Shown in pieces: positions 50,001 through 58,975 of a stretch of 64,000 nucleotides of DNA (its first letter is position 1; each line of letters starts with the position of its first letter). This stretch comes from a virus, in the IMG/VR virus record IMGVR_UViG_3300046820_002568, positions 64,001-128,000 of that record. The stretch is one strand, 5' to 3'. The translations under genes were made by a program, and so were the position numbers. The notes beneath the pieces were generated by a model. It was not told the DNA's origin. It saw nothing but the letters and a program-made list of their open reading frames with translations, and ran no database searches.

Positions 50001-51468
50001 CTTGTTTAATTAGGTCAGTAAACGCTTTTTGTCTGTCCGCACCAGATAGTGTTGGGTCTTTTAAGATTGTAACTAAATCTTGAAATTTAACAGCTGTTCC
50101 ATCTAACTCTTTATTTAACTCTCCACCGATTGCAAAAATATCTTTAAGTGGTTCATTAATACCTTCTGAAAGTGATAAATTGGCGTCTAAAGTCGCTTTA
50201 CCTAACTTACTAGCACCAACCATCATTCCTGGTGTGGCCTTTAATTCGGCAATTCCAGCATTAATTTTTGATAATACATCAAGTTGGTCTTTGGCTAATT
50301 CAATTGGGTCTGTAGGTTTCTCTTCTTCCCCAACTAAAGCATTTCTAAGTTCATCAGCATTACCTTTCGTTTGAACTAAAAGGTCTTGTATACTTTTTTC
50401 AACTATTGTTTCTTTACCTTCTTTATCAACTTGTTTAGTTTTGACAACATATTCACCACCCTTCCCCATTGTCGCAACATTGGCAATGAGAGACTTTGTT
50501 TCATCATCTATATTAAATCCTGAAAAATCAATTACGGAAAGTTTTTCCCCAATCTCTCTTTCAGCCAAAGCCATTTTTTCAAGTTCACCTCTAGCAAATC
50601 CTGTTTCCTTGCTTATTTCTTTAAGAATTCTAATACCTTGTGGACTAATCTGAGATTTACCCGTTTCCTTATTAAAGGTTGTATATTGAGCAACTGCACC
50701 TGCAATTTCTTTTTGGAGTCCGGCAACATCGTTCTGTGCCATATCCATAAGTTTTAATGGATTTAAAAGTTTTTCTGAAGCAACTCCTAGTCTTTGGAAA
50801 GTTGCCGACATCTCAATGGCCTTTTCAGGGTCCATAAGTCCATCCGCAAAATCCATAGTTTCTTCCATTCCAACTCTCAAAGTTTGCGACTGAGCCGCCA
50901 TCTTTGCAAGTCCTTCAACTCCTCCTTGGAAATTAAACCTATTTAACTTATCTAAGTTTGCAACTACTAATGAGGATACTGCTTTGGCATTAACACCCAA
51001 ATTGTTAGAAACTTCTCTAACCTTGAGCATTTCTGCTGAAATATCTTTTAAGGACATTCCAGCGTTTGTGAATCCAGCTATTAAATCTTTTGTGACTACA
51101 CCTGAAAATTTAGAAGCTGCAAATATGTCAGTTGTTTGTTCTTTACTTAAAACAACATTTCTACCTAAAGTTTCAAGAGTTTCTTGTTGGATAGCTAAAG
51201 CATCTTTTTGAGTTCCACCCATTGATATTACATTGAGGGCGGCTTGAGCATATTCCTTTTTTAATCCTTCGGCAAGATTTTTACCTTGCCCCATTGTATT
51301 AAGTATGGATTGTATTGATTGGTCAACATTTACAATACCTTCCTCAATAGTCTCAATGGGTTTATCCAAAAGAGATGTAATACCTTCAACACCTTTTTGT
51401 AGGTTTAAAAATTCAATCTCTTTACCTTTTGACGCTTGATTCTCGTCACCTGTAGTAGCACCTTGCAT
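47041..51468 (-). CDS. Tape measure protein with long low-complexity E/P/T/K region
   Basis: Helical A/G/K-rich N-terminal ~550 aa; position after the tube and chaperone genes; C-terminal TINVNAKIEI strand. Confidence 0.7.
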   Translation of the reverse strand: MQGATTGDENQASKGKEIEFLNLQKGVEGITSLLDKPIETIEEGIVNVDQSIQSILNTMGQGKNLAEGLKKEYAQAALNVISMGGTQKDALAIQQETLETLGRNVVLSKEQTTDIFAASKFSGVVTKDLIAGFTNAGMSLKDISAEMLKVREVSNNLGVNAKAVSSLVVANLDKLNRFNFQGGVEGLAKMAAQSQTLRVGMEETMDFADGLMDPEKAIEMSATFQRLGVASEKLLNPLKLMDMAQNDVAGLQKEIAGAVAQYTTFNKETGKSQISPQGIRILKEISKETGFARGELEKMALAEREIGEKLSVIDFSGFNIDDETKSLIANVATMGKGGEYVVKTKQVDKEGKETIVEKSIQDLLVQTKGNADELRNALVGEEEKPTDPIELAKDQLDVLSKINAGIAELKATPGMMVGASKLGKATLDANLSLSEGINEPLKDIFAIGGELNKELDGTAVKFQDLVTILKDPTLSGADRQKAFTDLIKQGEELVTSLLGATVEATGTATKNVLGEDQYNNIMSGVQEKLESLEGKDAEIIGILKDKLGLPKDKEKAEILDEIGKIEQERQDSFNFQDTKGINIDETKGQKEILEEIKKIEEEHSLHSETLNGTLDNLDKSLTDGVNTKSITTESLSVTTDKPINLVAPEKTEEITTTPVTTPTTIQAINPEIQKLIDEGIVGPPTASLGTETYLPTTTPLPVINETIGTEIQPIPETTAELSKIDTSEVDTLNVKNLNIGTALDELVGKISATPENAEKTNLIISELEKQVESVKEGAIQPTAAITEKPTTTPSINIAEPQPITEEELPSIEEGLPPIETKQPTGLFEKISQKASSLIEGPKPEPSVSENYKKLLEEINNAEVVGRGEESFFLTPEMTAQAKKDSEFIGPEKGIPKKIESTRSITTLTKEELAEIEKELEIESYDKKYNEINNEIKNFKKEKIGIGGVEREEDMGKDDLDTLESMRKRRDTYEEMSYDLDIGEVESFNKKIETKGVEKEMELAPIKPTLSQIPIPEKEEKQPLGKRLKEGIGNLTEKLKKEKVKEPTVTAAIPETQEEFIVRDTQGNELARSIDRETAERKAGTSEGITVSKETTPITPSVPETPAVGIEKIAAENKEEKIPLKERLKNLIKEKPAESEGKITIEEPVETKTITPEDNLKIELEQQEKTDKENQRKMIREVQSGGKIQETPKIEPIVPEPKEESGYLKMLAENDSEADKFLTSKSGLPVNLDKIEPKEIEESGPLGVSLTSMEEEEGGIVEPVTITPEEPKETEIQTALREAREKQLSYLEELRQKEQIETPSRGIEKIAEIGGRIGEFGKGLFGKPEVQEEIQQYEMPEETEYEYTPIDEMGKFDISNLKQEYLGPEEIEAPEAPEIGIPEIPTPQGINEQVFGGQTAQTGVEGSTQTINVNAKIEITGNPAFANLLDPRKLQSTVESIFVTSMSQKTNVAQKVNASSQDASMGISSYSSSLDQ

Positions 51469-51489
51469 ACTTAATAAATAATCTTAAAT

Positions 51490-51627
51490 CTATTTTTTCG
51501 GAGTATTATGCTCAATAATTTTATCAACCAAATATCTCCGCTGAAATATTGGCATTTTATAGAAATCAGAATACGAAGTATGCAAATACTTGGCCAGTAA
51601 ATAATACTGGTCAAGTAATGATAACAT
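51490..51627 (-). CDS. Small tail assembly chaperone partner (T4 gp51 / lambda gpT-like), 45 aa
   Basis: Manual translation MLSLLDQYYLLAKYLHTSYSDFYKMPIFQRRYLVDKIIEHNTPKK; lies in the +1 frame between the chaperone and tape measure genes. Confidence 0.7.
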   Translation of the reverse strand: MLSLLDQYYLLAKYLHTSYSDFYKMPIFQRRYLVDKIIEHNTPKK

Positions 51628-51631
51628 ATAT

Positions 51632-52384
51632 TTAGAAGAAAGGGCGAAAAAACTCAGCCCCGAAGGCAATCCTCACTGTTACTTTTTTACCTGATGGAGC
51701 AGTTACCTCTCTGTTCAAATCAATCCTTGGTTCATTTGTTTTCAAAAAATTTGAGATATACTTTGAATCCATAATTGGCATCTGTTCAATAAACTTAGCA
51801 ATTTCTCCTTTGTCTTGACTCCCATTAACTTCAATGATTTGTTTTGCAAGTCTCCAAGTAGCTTTAGGTGCAATCATCGACGATGGATATTCATCGGCCA
51901 TTCTTTCAAGGTCTGTTGTTTCGCCATAACTAAGAGGTTTCAATTTGACTTGAGCTCCTGATTTTGGGAGTTTTGTTTCATAATATCCATTATCATCTGG
52001 GTCAACTTCAGGTTTTTTAAACGATAGAGCATCCAAAAGAACTGGTTTTTCAAACTTATTACCTGTATCAGGGTCAGTTAAAGTGAAATTATATTCAGGA
52101 CCAAATGAAGTGTTTCTTAAAAACAAAAGAATTGCCTCAATATCACCTTCAAGCATGTCTGAAGGGTTTAATTCAGGTTCATAAAGTTTACTTCTAACAA
52201 GTCTCAAAATAAGTTGTTCCCCCGATAGTTTACCAACACTACCCAAAAGGTTTTCGTCTGCAGCGGTTAGATAACCAACTTTAACACTTTTTTTCTTACT
52301 TTTATAAAATTTACCTTGACTTGGTAACATAACCACATCGTGGGGTAAATTAAAATTTTCTTGTCCTGCTATAATTTCGTTCAT
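51632..52384 (-). CDS. Tail/baseplate hub assembly chaperone (T4 gp26-like)
   Basis: LPHDVVMLPSQG..VKVGYLTAADENLL, DIEAILLFLR..SFG, C-terminal EFF; between the tube and tape measure genes. Confidence 0.75.
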   Translation of the reverse strand: MNEIIAGQENFNLPHDVVMLPSQGKFYKSKKKSVKVGYLTAADENLLGSVGKLSGEQLILRLVRSKLYEPELNPSDMLEGDIEAILLFLRNTSFGPEYNFTLTDPDTGNKFEKPVLLDALSFKKPEVDPDDNGYYETKLPKSGAQVKLKPLSYGETTDLERMADEYPSSMIAPKATWRLAKQIIEVNGSQDKGEIAKFIEQMPIMDSKYISNFLKTNEPRIDLNREVTAPSGKKVTVRIAFGAEFFRPFF

Positions 52385-52397
52385 AATTTTTTTTTAT

Positions 52398-52426
52398 AAA
52401 AAAAAATCCGCACAAAGTACGGATTT
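52398..52426 (-). terminator. Intrinsic terminator after the tail tube gene
   Basis: AAATCCGTAC-TTT-GTGCGGATTT followed by a T run. Confidence 0.65.
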
Positions 52427-52449
52427 GTAAATAGTATTTTGAAAAAATA

Positions 52450-52938
52450 TTAGTAAACAAGTACACAATAGTCAGGACGAAGAGTTGCAACAATCTTTGC
52501 AAGACCATCTTGACCATAATCAAGACCTTGGAAGTCAACATCAGTTAAGAAGGTTCCAACCAAAATCCATTTTTCTACAACAACACCTGTTGGGTCTAAT
52601 AACTGAAGTGTCACATCCTTTTTGTAACCAGCCGCGTAACCCATACGACCTGTTACAGATTCTGCATGTAGACGAACCCACTCCATAAGGGCTTGAGCCG
52701 CAGATGGACCAATTGGGTCACGGAAAGTACAGTTAATGGTTCCCCAAGTGTATCTACCTGCAACATATCTTTCAGTGTTCAAGAAAGGAATTGCAGTAGC
52801 TCCGATTGTAATTTTTGGACGAGAAGTAGATTCAACATACCACTCATTTATGCCGAGTTCCGATGGAAAGCTAAGAATGAATCGGTTCATCCTTTTGGGT
52901 TCATACGGTATCGGCATTTTCATCAGTAAATCAGCCAT
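52450..52938 (-). CDS. Tail tube protein (T4 gp19-like)
   Basis: EPKRMNRF, RYVAGRYTWGTI, YKKDVTLQLLDPTGVVVEKWILVGTF, LDY. Confidence 0.88.
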   Translation of the reverse strand: MADLLMKMPIPYEPKRMNRFILSFPSELGINEWYVESTSRPKITIGATAIPFLNTERYVAGRYTWGTINCTFRDPIGPSAAQALMEWVRLHAESVTGRMGYAAGYKKDVTLQLLDPTGVVVEKWILVGTFLTDVDFQGLDYGQDGLAKIVATLRPDYCVLVY

Positions 52939-53052
52939 TTTTTTGTTTTTTTTTAAATTTTATTTTTATTATAAATAGTGTAGTTTAAAAATTTTTCTAT
53001 TTACTTTAATTTATTTTTAGTCAAACTTACACTAGTCTTACATATAAATATA

Positions 53053-53868
53053 TTAATACTTCTTTTTAACTCCTCCATGTGTTGAATACATTTGTACGAT
53101 GTTATCAGGGTCATCTTTTAATGCACTTTTCATCTTTTCTAAGTTTCTTAAATCATCATCTGAAAATCCAATTGTAGGAATAAAATTATTGCTTACATCA
53201 TTTTTAAGGTAAGGAGTCTGCCCAAGTTTTTTTGACATATTAATAACATACCTTGAAAATTCTTTTATTGCATCAACTTTTCCTTGTTCGGGACTTTGTG
53301 CTGACCCCTTTCCGTAAGTAACAGGATAATATTTGTTCATATTTAAATATTGTTCTATTAATTCAGAATCACTTAATTCATCTTCACCAGAAATCTCCCT
53401 GTATTTCTTTAAATTTCTTACAAGTTCTTTCTTTGAAAGTCCCTTATATCCAACTTCTATAAGATTTTCGATGGCTTGCTTAATTGTCTCGGGAGAGTGA
53501 CCTCTTGCTGTTATAATGGAAAAAATTGACCCTCCATTAATACATTCCACAAAATCATCCCAAGCCGGACCAGTTTTTGCAAGTAAGGAATCAATTATAA
53601 ATTTTTTGTTTCCCGCTTCTGAGAAATTTCTAAAAGGATTCTCAGCAAAACCAACTATAGTCTTACCTTTATATTCAAAATCTTCTGTGCCAATTTTTGT
53701 CCTGTGTTCAGCAAAATCTTCTGTTCCCATACCAACTTCGTTTCCTTCAGAATCTTTTAAAATAATCTGAGTTGGCATATACATTAAATTATCATCCCAG
53801 TCAAAAGCATAATACTTTAAATCAGGAGTCAATTCTTCTTTAAAACCTTCTACTAACTTTAACTTCAT
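53053..53868 (-). CDS. HAD-superfamily phosphatase
   Basis: Motif I AFDWDDNL, motif II IITARGH, motif III K (GKVDAI), motif IV GFSDDD. Confidence 0.75.
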   Translation of the reverse strand: MKLKLVEGFKEELTPDLKYYAFDWDDNLMYMPTQIILKDSEGNEVGMGTEDFAEHRTKIGTEDFEYKGKTIVGFAENPFRNFSEAGNKKFIIDSLLAKTGPAWDDFVECINGGSIFSIITARGHSPETIKQAIENLIEVGYKGLSKKELVRNLKKYREISGEDELSDSELIEQYLNMNKYYPVTYGKGSAQSPEQGKVDAIKEFSRYVINMSKKLGQTPYLKNDVSNNFIPTIGFSDDDLRNLEKMKSALKDDPDNIVQMYSTHGGVKKKY

Positions 53869-53890
53869 AACTATAAATATATTAAAAATA

Positions 53891-53918
53891 AAAAACCCCC
53901 TGTTTCCAGAGGGTTTTT
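53891..53918 (-). terminator. Intrinsic terminator after the tail sheath gene
   Basis: AAAAACCCTCTG-GAAA-CAGGGGGTTTTT with a GNRA loop and T tail. Confidence 0.8.
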
Positions 53919-53938
53919 AAATTTATTTGTTTTCGATA

Positions 53939-56900
53939 TTAGATATTTTCGAAACTTGCTCCTTGTGGAGTGATAATAAACTCGATGTCGATAAATTCAA
54001 GAGCCTTAGTTGGCTTTAAGAATATTCGTCCTGACATTTGGTTAGAATCAAAATCCTCAGGGTTGTTTGATACAGTTACACGGAAGTCAGTGATACCACG
54101 GTCTCTTCTGATAGCATCCAAGATTGGGTTTACTGAATCCAAGAACTGTTGTCTTACAACTGCGTCGTTTTGTTCGAACAACAATCTGATAGCAACTGCA
54201 GAAATCAATTTACGAGCTTGTAACAACAATCTTCTCACATTAACTCTGTCAAGAGGACTTTCTCTAACCTGAAGTGTCTTATTACCCCAAATTACAGTTC
54301 CAACATCGTTAAATGTTGCGATTGGGTTAAGTCTTCCTTGGTAAAGAGTATCTCTATCAAGTTGTGTTAATCTGCGTCTTGCTCTTACTGAATTAACAAT
54401 ACCTCTTGTGTAACCTGCGGTTGCGAACCAAGGGAATGCTATGTTATCAGTAAGTGCTAAGTTACGACATACTTCAGCCGTTGCTGGAATATAGATTTGA
54501 GTGTTGTATACACTATCACGAGTCAATACCCATGGGTAGTAAGTAATAGTGTAGTTTGAATCAATATTAGCATCTTCCAATGCGACAACAGCATCTTGTG
54601 GATATACAAAGTTATCCATAGAACCTGAAGGTTGTAACAAATCAAAGTCAGGTGTTGTTGTAACATAAATTGAGTCAGCTCTGTCAATTTCAACCATATC
54701 AATCGCAGCTCTTACCAATTTATAGTTATTAACATGGTCAATACCAGGAGTTGCAAATACATTAATATTAATAATACCAGGATTGTTAAATGACTCAATA
54801 CCGAGTAAGTATGCGTAGTAGTCAGTATTAGCGTAGTCAGATGTGTTATCTTCTACAGTAATTTGTCTAAATGCACCCCATCCTGTTGCGTTTGCATATG
54901 GCTGACAACCCGCTCTTGCACCATATAGGTAACCAGTTTTACCAAGTACAAAATCATCACCATTAGTTCTATACTCTCTATAGATGTCCCAACCGTCAAA
55001 ACCACCATAAGGAAGTACGGTAAATTTACGAGAATAAGTTCTAAAGTATGTTTCGTTAGAATTTGTTGGTTCAGTGTTAAATTGTCCAGCACCTACCTCA
55101 AAGGCCGATTGACCTGAAGTTGAATATATAGATGAGATTAATACAACACTAGCACCACTATCCATGTGGAAACCTTTTGTTAAATAAGACCAATTAGAAT
55201 ATGTTTGTTCTGTACAAGTCCAACCTGAAGGAGTTTGTTTACCTTTGTAATCAAAGAAGTTCACATCCCATCCAACAGATGTACTAAATCCAAGGTAGCT
55301 TCTTCTAACATTATCACCCGAACTAATCACTTCATCATCTACACCCAAAATAGTACCAAATGGTGGATTATATAATACATCACCAGGTGCGTTATACTGA
55401 GTTTTATAGATTGGGAAAGGAGGAGTTGATGTTGAGTAATTTCTTATCAAGTATCCCTCAAAACCTGCAGGAAGAGCGTCTGATGGGGCATCCTCATTAA
55501 CCTCAAGCATAATGTATTTAGAATTAATTGCATACTCTCCGTCAGTTGTACCAATCTTTTTAGCAACATAGTTGTTTTGAGCTGGGTCCATTGAACAACT
55601 TGTATACTTTTCTAAAATTACAGGATTTGCATCAGTATCGTTATAATCTCTAACAAGTACATCAAATGTCATAAGGTCAAAAGACATATTTGCAACCGAT
55701 AATTTAACTTCTCTGTTTGCTGAGTTACCATCTGAAATAGTGATATATCTGAAAAGTTGATAAACTGTATTACCACGAAGTTCAGAAACAATCCATGGTG
55801 AGTAAGCAGTTTGGTATCTTTCCAAATAGTTAGCAATTGAAGTTGAACTATTACCTTGGGCTTGAGGTAAATAAATCAATGTAGAATTTAACCCTCTAAT
55901 AAAACCTTTATTATATCCATGATACAATAATGTTGGGAATCTCTCCTCAACAAATATCGGAACATCGACCCTATTTTTTTGGAAGTTACCGGTGCCAAAA
56001 ACTTTACTAATAAAGTTTGAGTTAGTGTCATCTAATGAAATTTCAAAATTTGTAACCGCAGAATCTTTATCAGTAATAGAAACTCCAAATGTTCCATAAG
56101 GATTTTCAAGAACTCCTGAGTAGGCTCCTGTGAAATCTAATGTGACAGTGTTCCCAGTTACTTGATATTGAGGACCGTGATTTGTGGTTGAATATTCAGT
56201 AATACCTCTTGAGCGTAATGTCGCCATAACAACATTGTCGTATTCAGTATAAGCGGTGCCTAGATATGGGAAAATATCATAAGTAATTGTCCCAGTAGGA
56301 GTAACACCCGAAGCAAAAGTCGTAACTGTAGCATACCAAGAATATCCTGTATATGTTCCTGAACCATTAGGTACAAATGCCCCGTAATACCAAGGGTCAT
56401 TTAGAGCATCTGTTAGTGTGTTTGCTGAGTATACAGAACCGTCAACTCCAAAATTGTTAGTAACTGTTCTTGAACCAATTGCAGTTACACCTGAAGAGTG
56501 AAGAGAACCCCAAAGACTAATTGTACTACCACTAGAAGATGGATTACCAACAATCGATAATATAAATGCATCCAAGTCATCTTGATAAGAAGAAGTACTT
56601 CCATCAAATTTTATATATGGTGTTGAAAATTCAAGTCCCGCTGAAGTTGCGGAAAACGCACCAACCGTATAAGTTACGACTGAAGTTCCAGTGTTTACAG
56701 AAAAAGTAAAAGTTGCTGTTCCAGCAGCCGCTGCTCCCTCTATAATTGTAGAAGAATTTACATTTGCAATAGAAGTTAATGACCAAGATGGTCCTGCATC
56801 ATAACCTGAAAGACCAAGTACTCTTGATACAAATAATTGATTTGATTGTTGTAAATACGCCTTAGCAATATATGCTAATTCATACTTTGGAATTTGTGTG

Positions 56901-57100
56901 TTCACAAATTTTTCCGGACTTGTTGTACCAAAATACGCTTGGAACTCTTCATAATTTGTCACAAAAATAGGTTCAAAAGCTGGACCTTTCAGTGTTTCAC
57001 CTGCAATACCAAGCGTTGTAACACCTACACTTTGTGCAACATACGAAAGTTCGGTTTCGGTAGTATACACACCGGGAGAAACGAAAACTTTTGTTGCCAT
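53939..57100 (-). CDS. Contractile tail sheath protein
   Basis: FVSPGVYTTE, GETLKGPAFEP, YYPWV, PWFATAGYTRG, LYQGRLNPI, IWGNKTL, VNVRRLL, KPTKALEFIDIEF. Confidence 0.96.
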   Translation of the reverse strand: MATKVFVSPGVYTTETELSYVAQSVGVTTLGIAGETLKGPAFEPIFVTNYEEFQAYFGTTSPEKFVNTQIPKYELAYIAKAYLQQSNQLFVSRVLGLSGYDAGPSWSLTSIANVNSSTIIEGAAAAGTATFTFSVNTGTSVVTYTVGAFSATSAGLEFSTPYIKFDGSTSSYQDDLDAFILSIVGNPSSSGSTISLWGSLHSSGVTAIGSRTVTNNFGVDGSVYSANTLTDALNDPWYYGAFVPNGSGTYTGYSWYATVTTFASGVTPTGTITYDIFPYLGTAYTEYDNVVMATLRSRGITEYSTTNHGPQYQVTGNTVTLDFTGAYSGVLENPYGTFGVSITDKDSAVTNFEISLDDTNSNFISKVFGTGNFQKNRVDVPIFVEERFPTLLYHGYNKGFIRGLNSTLIYLPQAQGNSSTSIANYLERYQTAYSPWIVSELRGNTVYQLFRYITISDGNSANREVKLSVANMSFDLMTFDVLVRDYNDTDANPVILEKYTSCSMDPAQNNYVAKKIGTTDGEYAINSKYIMLEVNEDAPSDALPAGFEGYLIRNYSTSTPPFPIYKTQYNAPGDVLYNPPFGTILGVDDEVISSGDNVRRSYLGFSTSVGWDVNFFDYKGKQTPSGWTCTEQTYSNWSYLTKGFHMDSGASVVLISSIYSTSGQSAFEVGAGQFNTEPTNSNETYFRTYSRKFTVLPYGGFDGWDIYREYRTNGDDFVLGKTGYLYGARAGCQPYANATGWGAFRQITVEDNTSDYANTDYYAYLLGIESFNNPGIININVFATPGIDHVNNYKLVRAAIDMVEIDRADSIYVTTTPDFDLLQPSGSMDNFVYPQDAVVALEDANIDSNYTITYYPWVLTRDSVYNTQIYIPATAEVCRNLALTDNIAFPWFATAGYTRGIVNSVRARRRLTQLDRDTLYQGRLNPIATFNDVGTVIWGNKTLQVRESPLDRVNVRRLLLQARKLISAVAIRLLFEQNDAVVRQQFLDSVNPILDAIRRDRGITDFRVTVSNNPEDFDSNQMSGRIFLKPTKALEFIDIEFIITPQGASFENI

Positions 57101-57185
57101 TTGTTTTTTTGTTTTTTAAAGATTTATTTTTCAATAAATACCATATAAAAAAACAAAAGTTTTTATTTAACAAAACTATTTATTT

Positions 57186-57211
57186 AAAAGTAAGAATAAA
57201 TTCTTACTTTT
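57186..57211. promoter_or_regulatory. Perfect 11-bp inverted repeat between divergent sheath and RHH promoters (operator or terminator)
   Basis: AAAAGTAAGAA-TAAA-TTCTTACTTTT. Confidence 0.5.
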
Positions 57212-57218
57212 TTCTGCT

Positions 57219-57368
57219 TTGTCAATTAAGAACCTCAAGATATCAGAAGAATCTCACACAATACTAAAAAAGTATTGCCAAAAAAAAGGATTAAAGATTC
57301 ATAAGTTCTTAGAGAATTTAATAATTGAAACCTGTTCTGAAAAGAAAGATTTATACGGAGAACTTTAA
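57219..57368 (+). CDS. Small ribbon-helix-helix-like protein (49 aa), divergent from the sheath gene
   Basis: TTG start; MSIKNLKISEESHTILKKYCQKKGLKIHKFLENLIIETCSEKKDLYGEL (strand KNLKI, helix, G turn, helix); TATTTAT at 57177. Confidence 0.65.
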   Translation: MSIKNLKISEESHTILKKYCQKKGLKIHKFLENLIIETCSEKKDLYGEL

Positions 57369-58423
57369 ATTACCTCAACTGATATCTGTATCTTTGAAGG
57401 AATTGTATTATCAGTTTTAACAATATTAATTAATAATACATCTTCTGAATTTACAGATAATTTTGAATCAGGTTGATTTAGGATGTCATCCCCATAAAAC
57501 AAACCATTAATTGTAAAAGTATAAGAGTCGATATTATCTAATCCAACAAGTCGTAAATTTGCGTTGTATTTAAACTCTTGTGTAAAACTCGTATCACCAA
57601 ATGGAAAATCAAACACTAAATCAAAATTTGAACTCGTGTCAGTTGTCCTACGATTTTTTTTAACTTTAGGCGATTTTTCATTTGTTTCTAAAAGTGTAAA
57701 AGTTCTGCTAACACCAGGACTTACTTGGAATTCATTTTCATCCATTAAGAACCCCATCATTGTAAAATTGTAACTTTGAATGTAATATTTTCTTTTTTCT
57801 ATTTCTGTTACAGATTCATCTTGAAGGTCATCCATAATAATTGGGATGTAGTGACCTTTAATTTGAGTGTATGCTTGTCTTGACGAAAATTTTTCTATAA
57901 TAACTTTATTTAAAGCATTTAACTCCCTCATTCTGTTACAAATGATTTTTATTGAGAATTTAATATCCACAGGAACAGGTTGTGGAATTGTGTAAACATC
58001 CATTCCCTTAACTCCATTATCCCAATTTGGGACCATTGCATAAAAAAATTGTTTTCTATTTGGTATTGTATATTGAAGGGATGGAAGTGTTCCGTATTTT
58101 ACTTCAGGATTTCTAACTGTCGTAATTACAGGAACACTAACATTTTTATCTAAATCATTGATATTCCAAGTTTGGGTAAACTGAGCCCAATTCTGGGTTG
58201 TAATTAAAATATCAACAACAGGAACTACTTTACCATCGGTTACAACTCTTAGTTCGTTTTTAACAAAATCTAAAAAACCTCTGTCTAAATCTTCATGTAA
58301 AATTGATTTTGGTAAAAAAGTTCCGTACTGATTTATTTGGTCGAGCATTTCTTGTCTTCTTGACGGACCATATAATTCAGGAGTCAATCTAATATGTTTT
58401 TTTATTTTCTTTCCAAATCCCAT
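57365..58423 (-). CDS. Tail terminator/sheath stabiliser (T4 gp15-like)
   Basis: PQPVPVDIKFSIKIIC..MRELN..IEKF; adjacent to the sheath and neck genes. Confidence 0.6.
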   Translation of the reverse strand: MGFGKKIKKHIRLTPELYGPSRRQEMLDQINQYGTFLPKSILHEDLDRGFLDFVKNELRVVTDGKVVPVVDILITTQNWAQFTQTWNINDLDKNVSVPVITTVRNPEVKYGTLPSLQYTIPNRKQFFYAMVPNWDNGVKGMDVYTIPQPVPVDIKFSIKIICNRMRELNALNKVIIEKFSSRQAYTQIKGHYIPIIMDDLQDESVTEIEKRKYYIQSYNFTMMGFLMDENEFQVSPGVSRTFTLLETNEKSPKVKKNRRTTDTSSNFDLVFDFPFGDTSFTQEFKYNANLRLVGLDNIDSYTFTINGLFYGDDILNQPDSKLSVNSEDVLLINIVKTDNTIPSKIQISVEVI

Positions 58424-58938
58424 TATAATCCTCTAAATTCATTATCGTTTACAGGAACCGCAATAATGGTTCTGTAAAATGGTTTGTAACCACCATAAGT
58501 ATGTTTGTTGTCCGACACCACACGACCATCATTTGCAACTGAGTAATACCTAACTCTTTTTTCAGTTTCATAATAACCAACATAATCACCAAATTCAACT
58601 TCAATACCAAGTTCATCAAGATGTGATTGGTAGACTGAAATTCTAATATTACCAGGTTCCATTTGGTCAAGTTTAGAATTACCCAAAAACTTATTCTCAG
58701 GTGCTGATACTTGAACGAATGCCTTAAATTCTATTGGTGGATGAAACTTAATAGAATCTTTTGTAGTTTCACCGTAGACATCATCAGTATTTGTTTTGGC
58801 CCTATCAACTTTGTATAAAACAAGAGTGAAATTCATATCCCCATGAAGCCACTCCTTACCCATATTCACATCAAGGTTAAAATCCTCGGCTCCAAAGAAT
58901 TTATTTAATCTTGTAATTGGGATATTCCTCTGTGACAT
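58423..58938 (-). CDS. Neck / head-tail connector protein (T4 gp14-like)
   Basis: LYKVDR..DDVYGE..KFHPPIEFKA..GDYV; upstream of the gp15-like gene. Confidence 0.6.
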   Translation of the reverse strand: MSQRNIPITRLNKFFGAEDFNLDVNMGKEWLHGDMNFTLVLYKVDRAKTNTDDVYGETTKDSIKFHPPIEFKAFVQVSAPENKFLGNSKLDQMEPGNIRISVYQSHLDELGIEVEFGDYVGYYETEKRVRYYSVANDGRVVSDNKHTYGGYKPFYRTIIAVPVNDNEFRGL

Positions 58939-58975
58939 ATTGATAAATATCTAATTTTGAATTATAATTAACATA

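Noticed and set aside
47231-51211. Cluster of plus-strand ORFs up to 215 aa (e.g. 49058-49705)
   Set aside because: Antisense to the tape measure gene; Ser/Ile/Val-rich mirror of its biased codons, with no motifs or promoters.
22304-57100. Bacterial extracellular contractile injection system or tailocin
   Set aside because: Neck proteins, phage replication genes, homing endonucleases and phage-type promoters indicate a true myovirus genome.
1027-58949. Plus-strand TATAAATA as T4-type late promoters
   Set aside because: They point away from the adjacent genes; orientation tracks the coding strand as TATTTAT, including for plus-strand genes.
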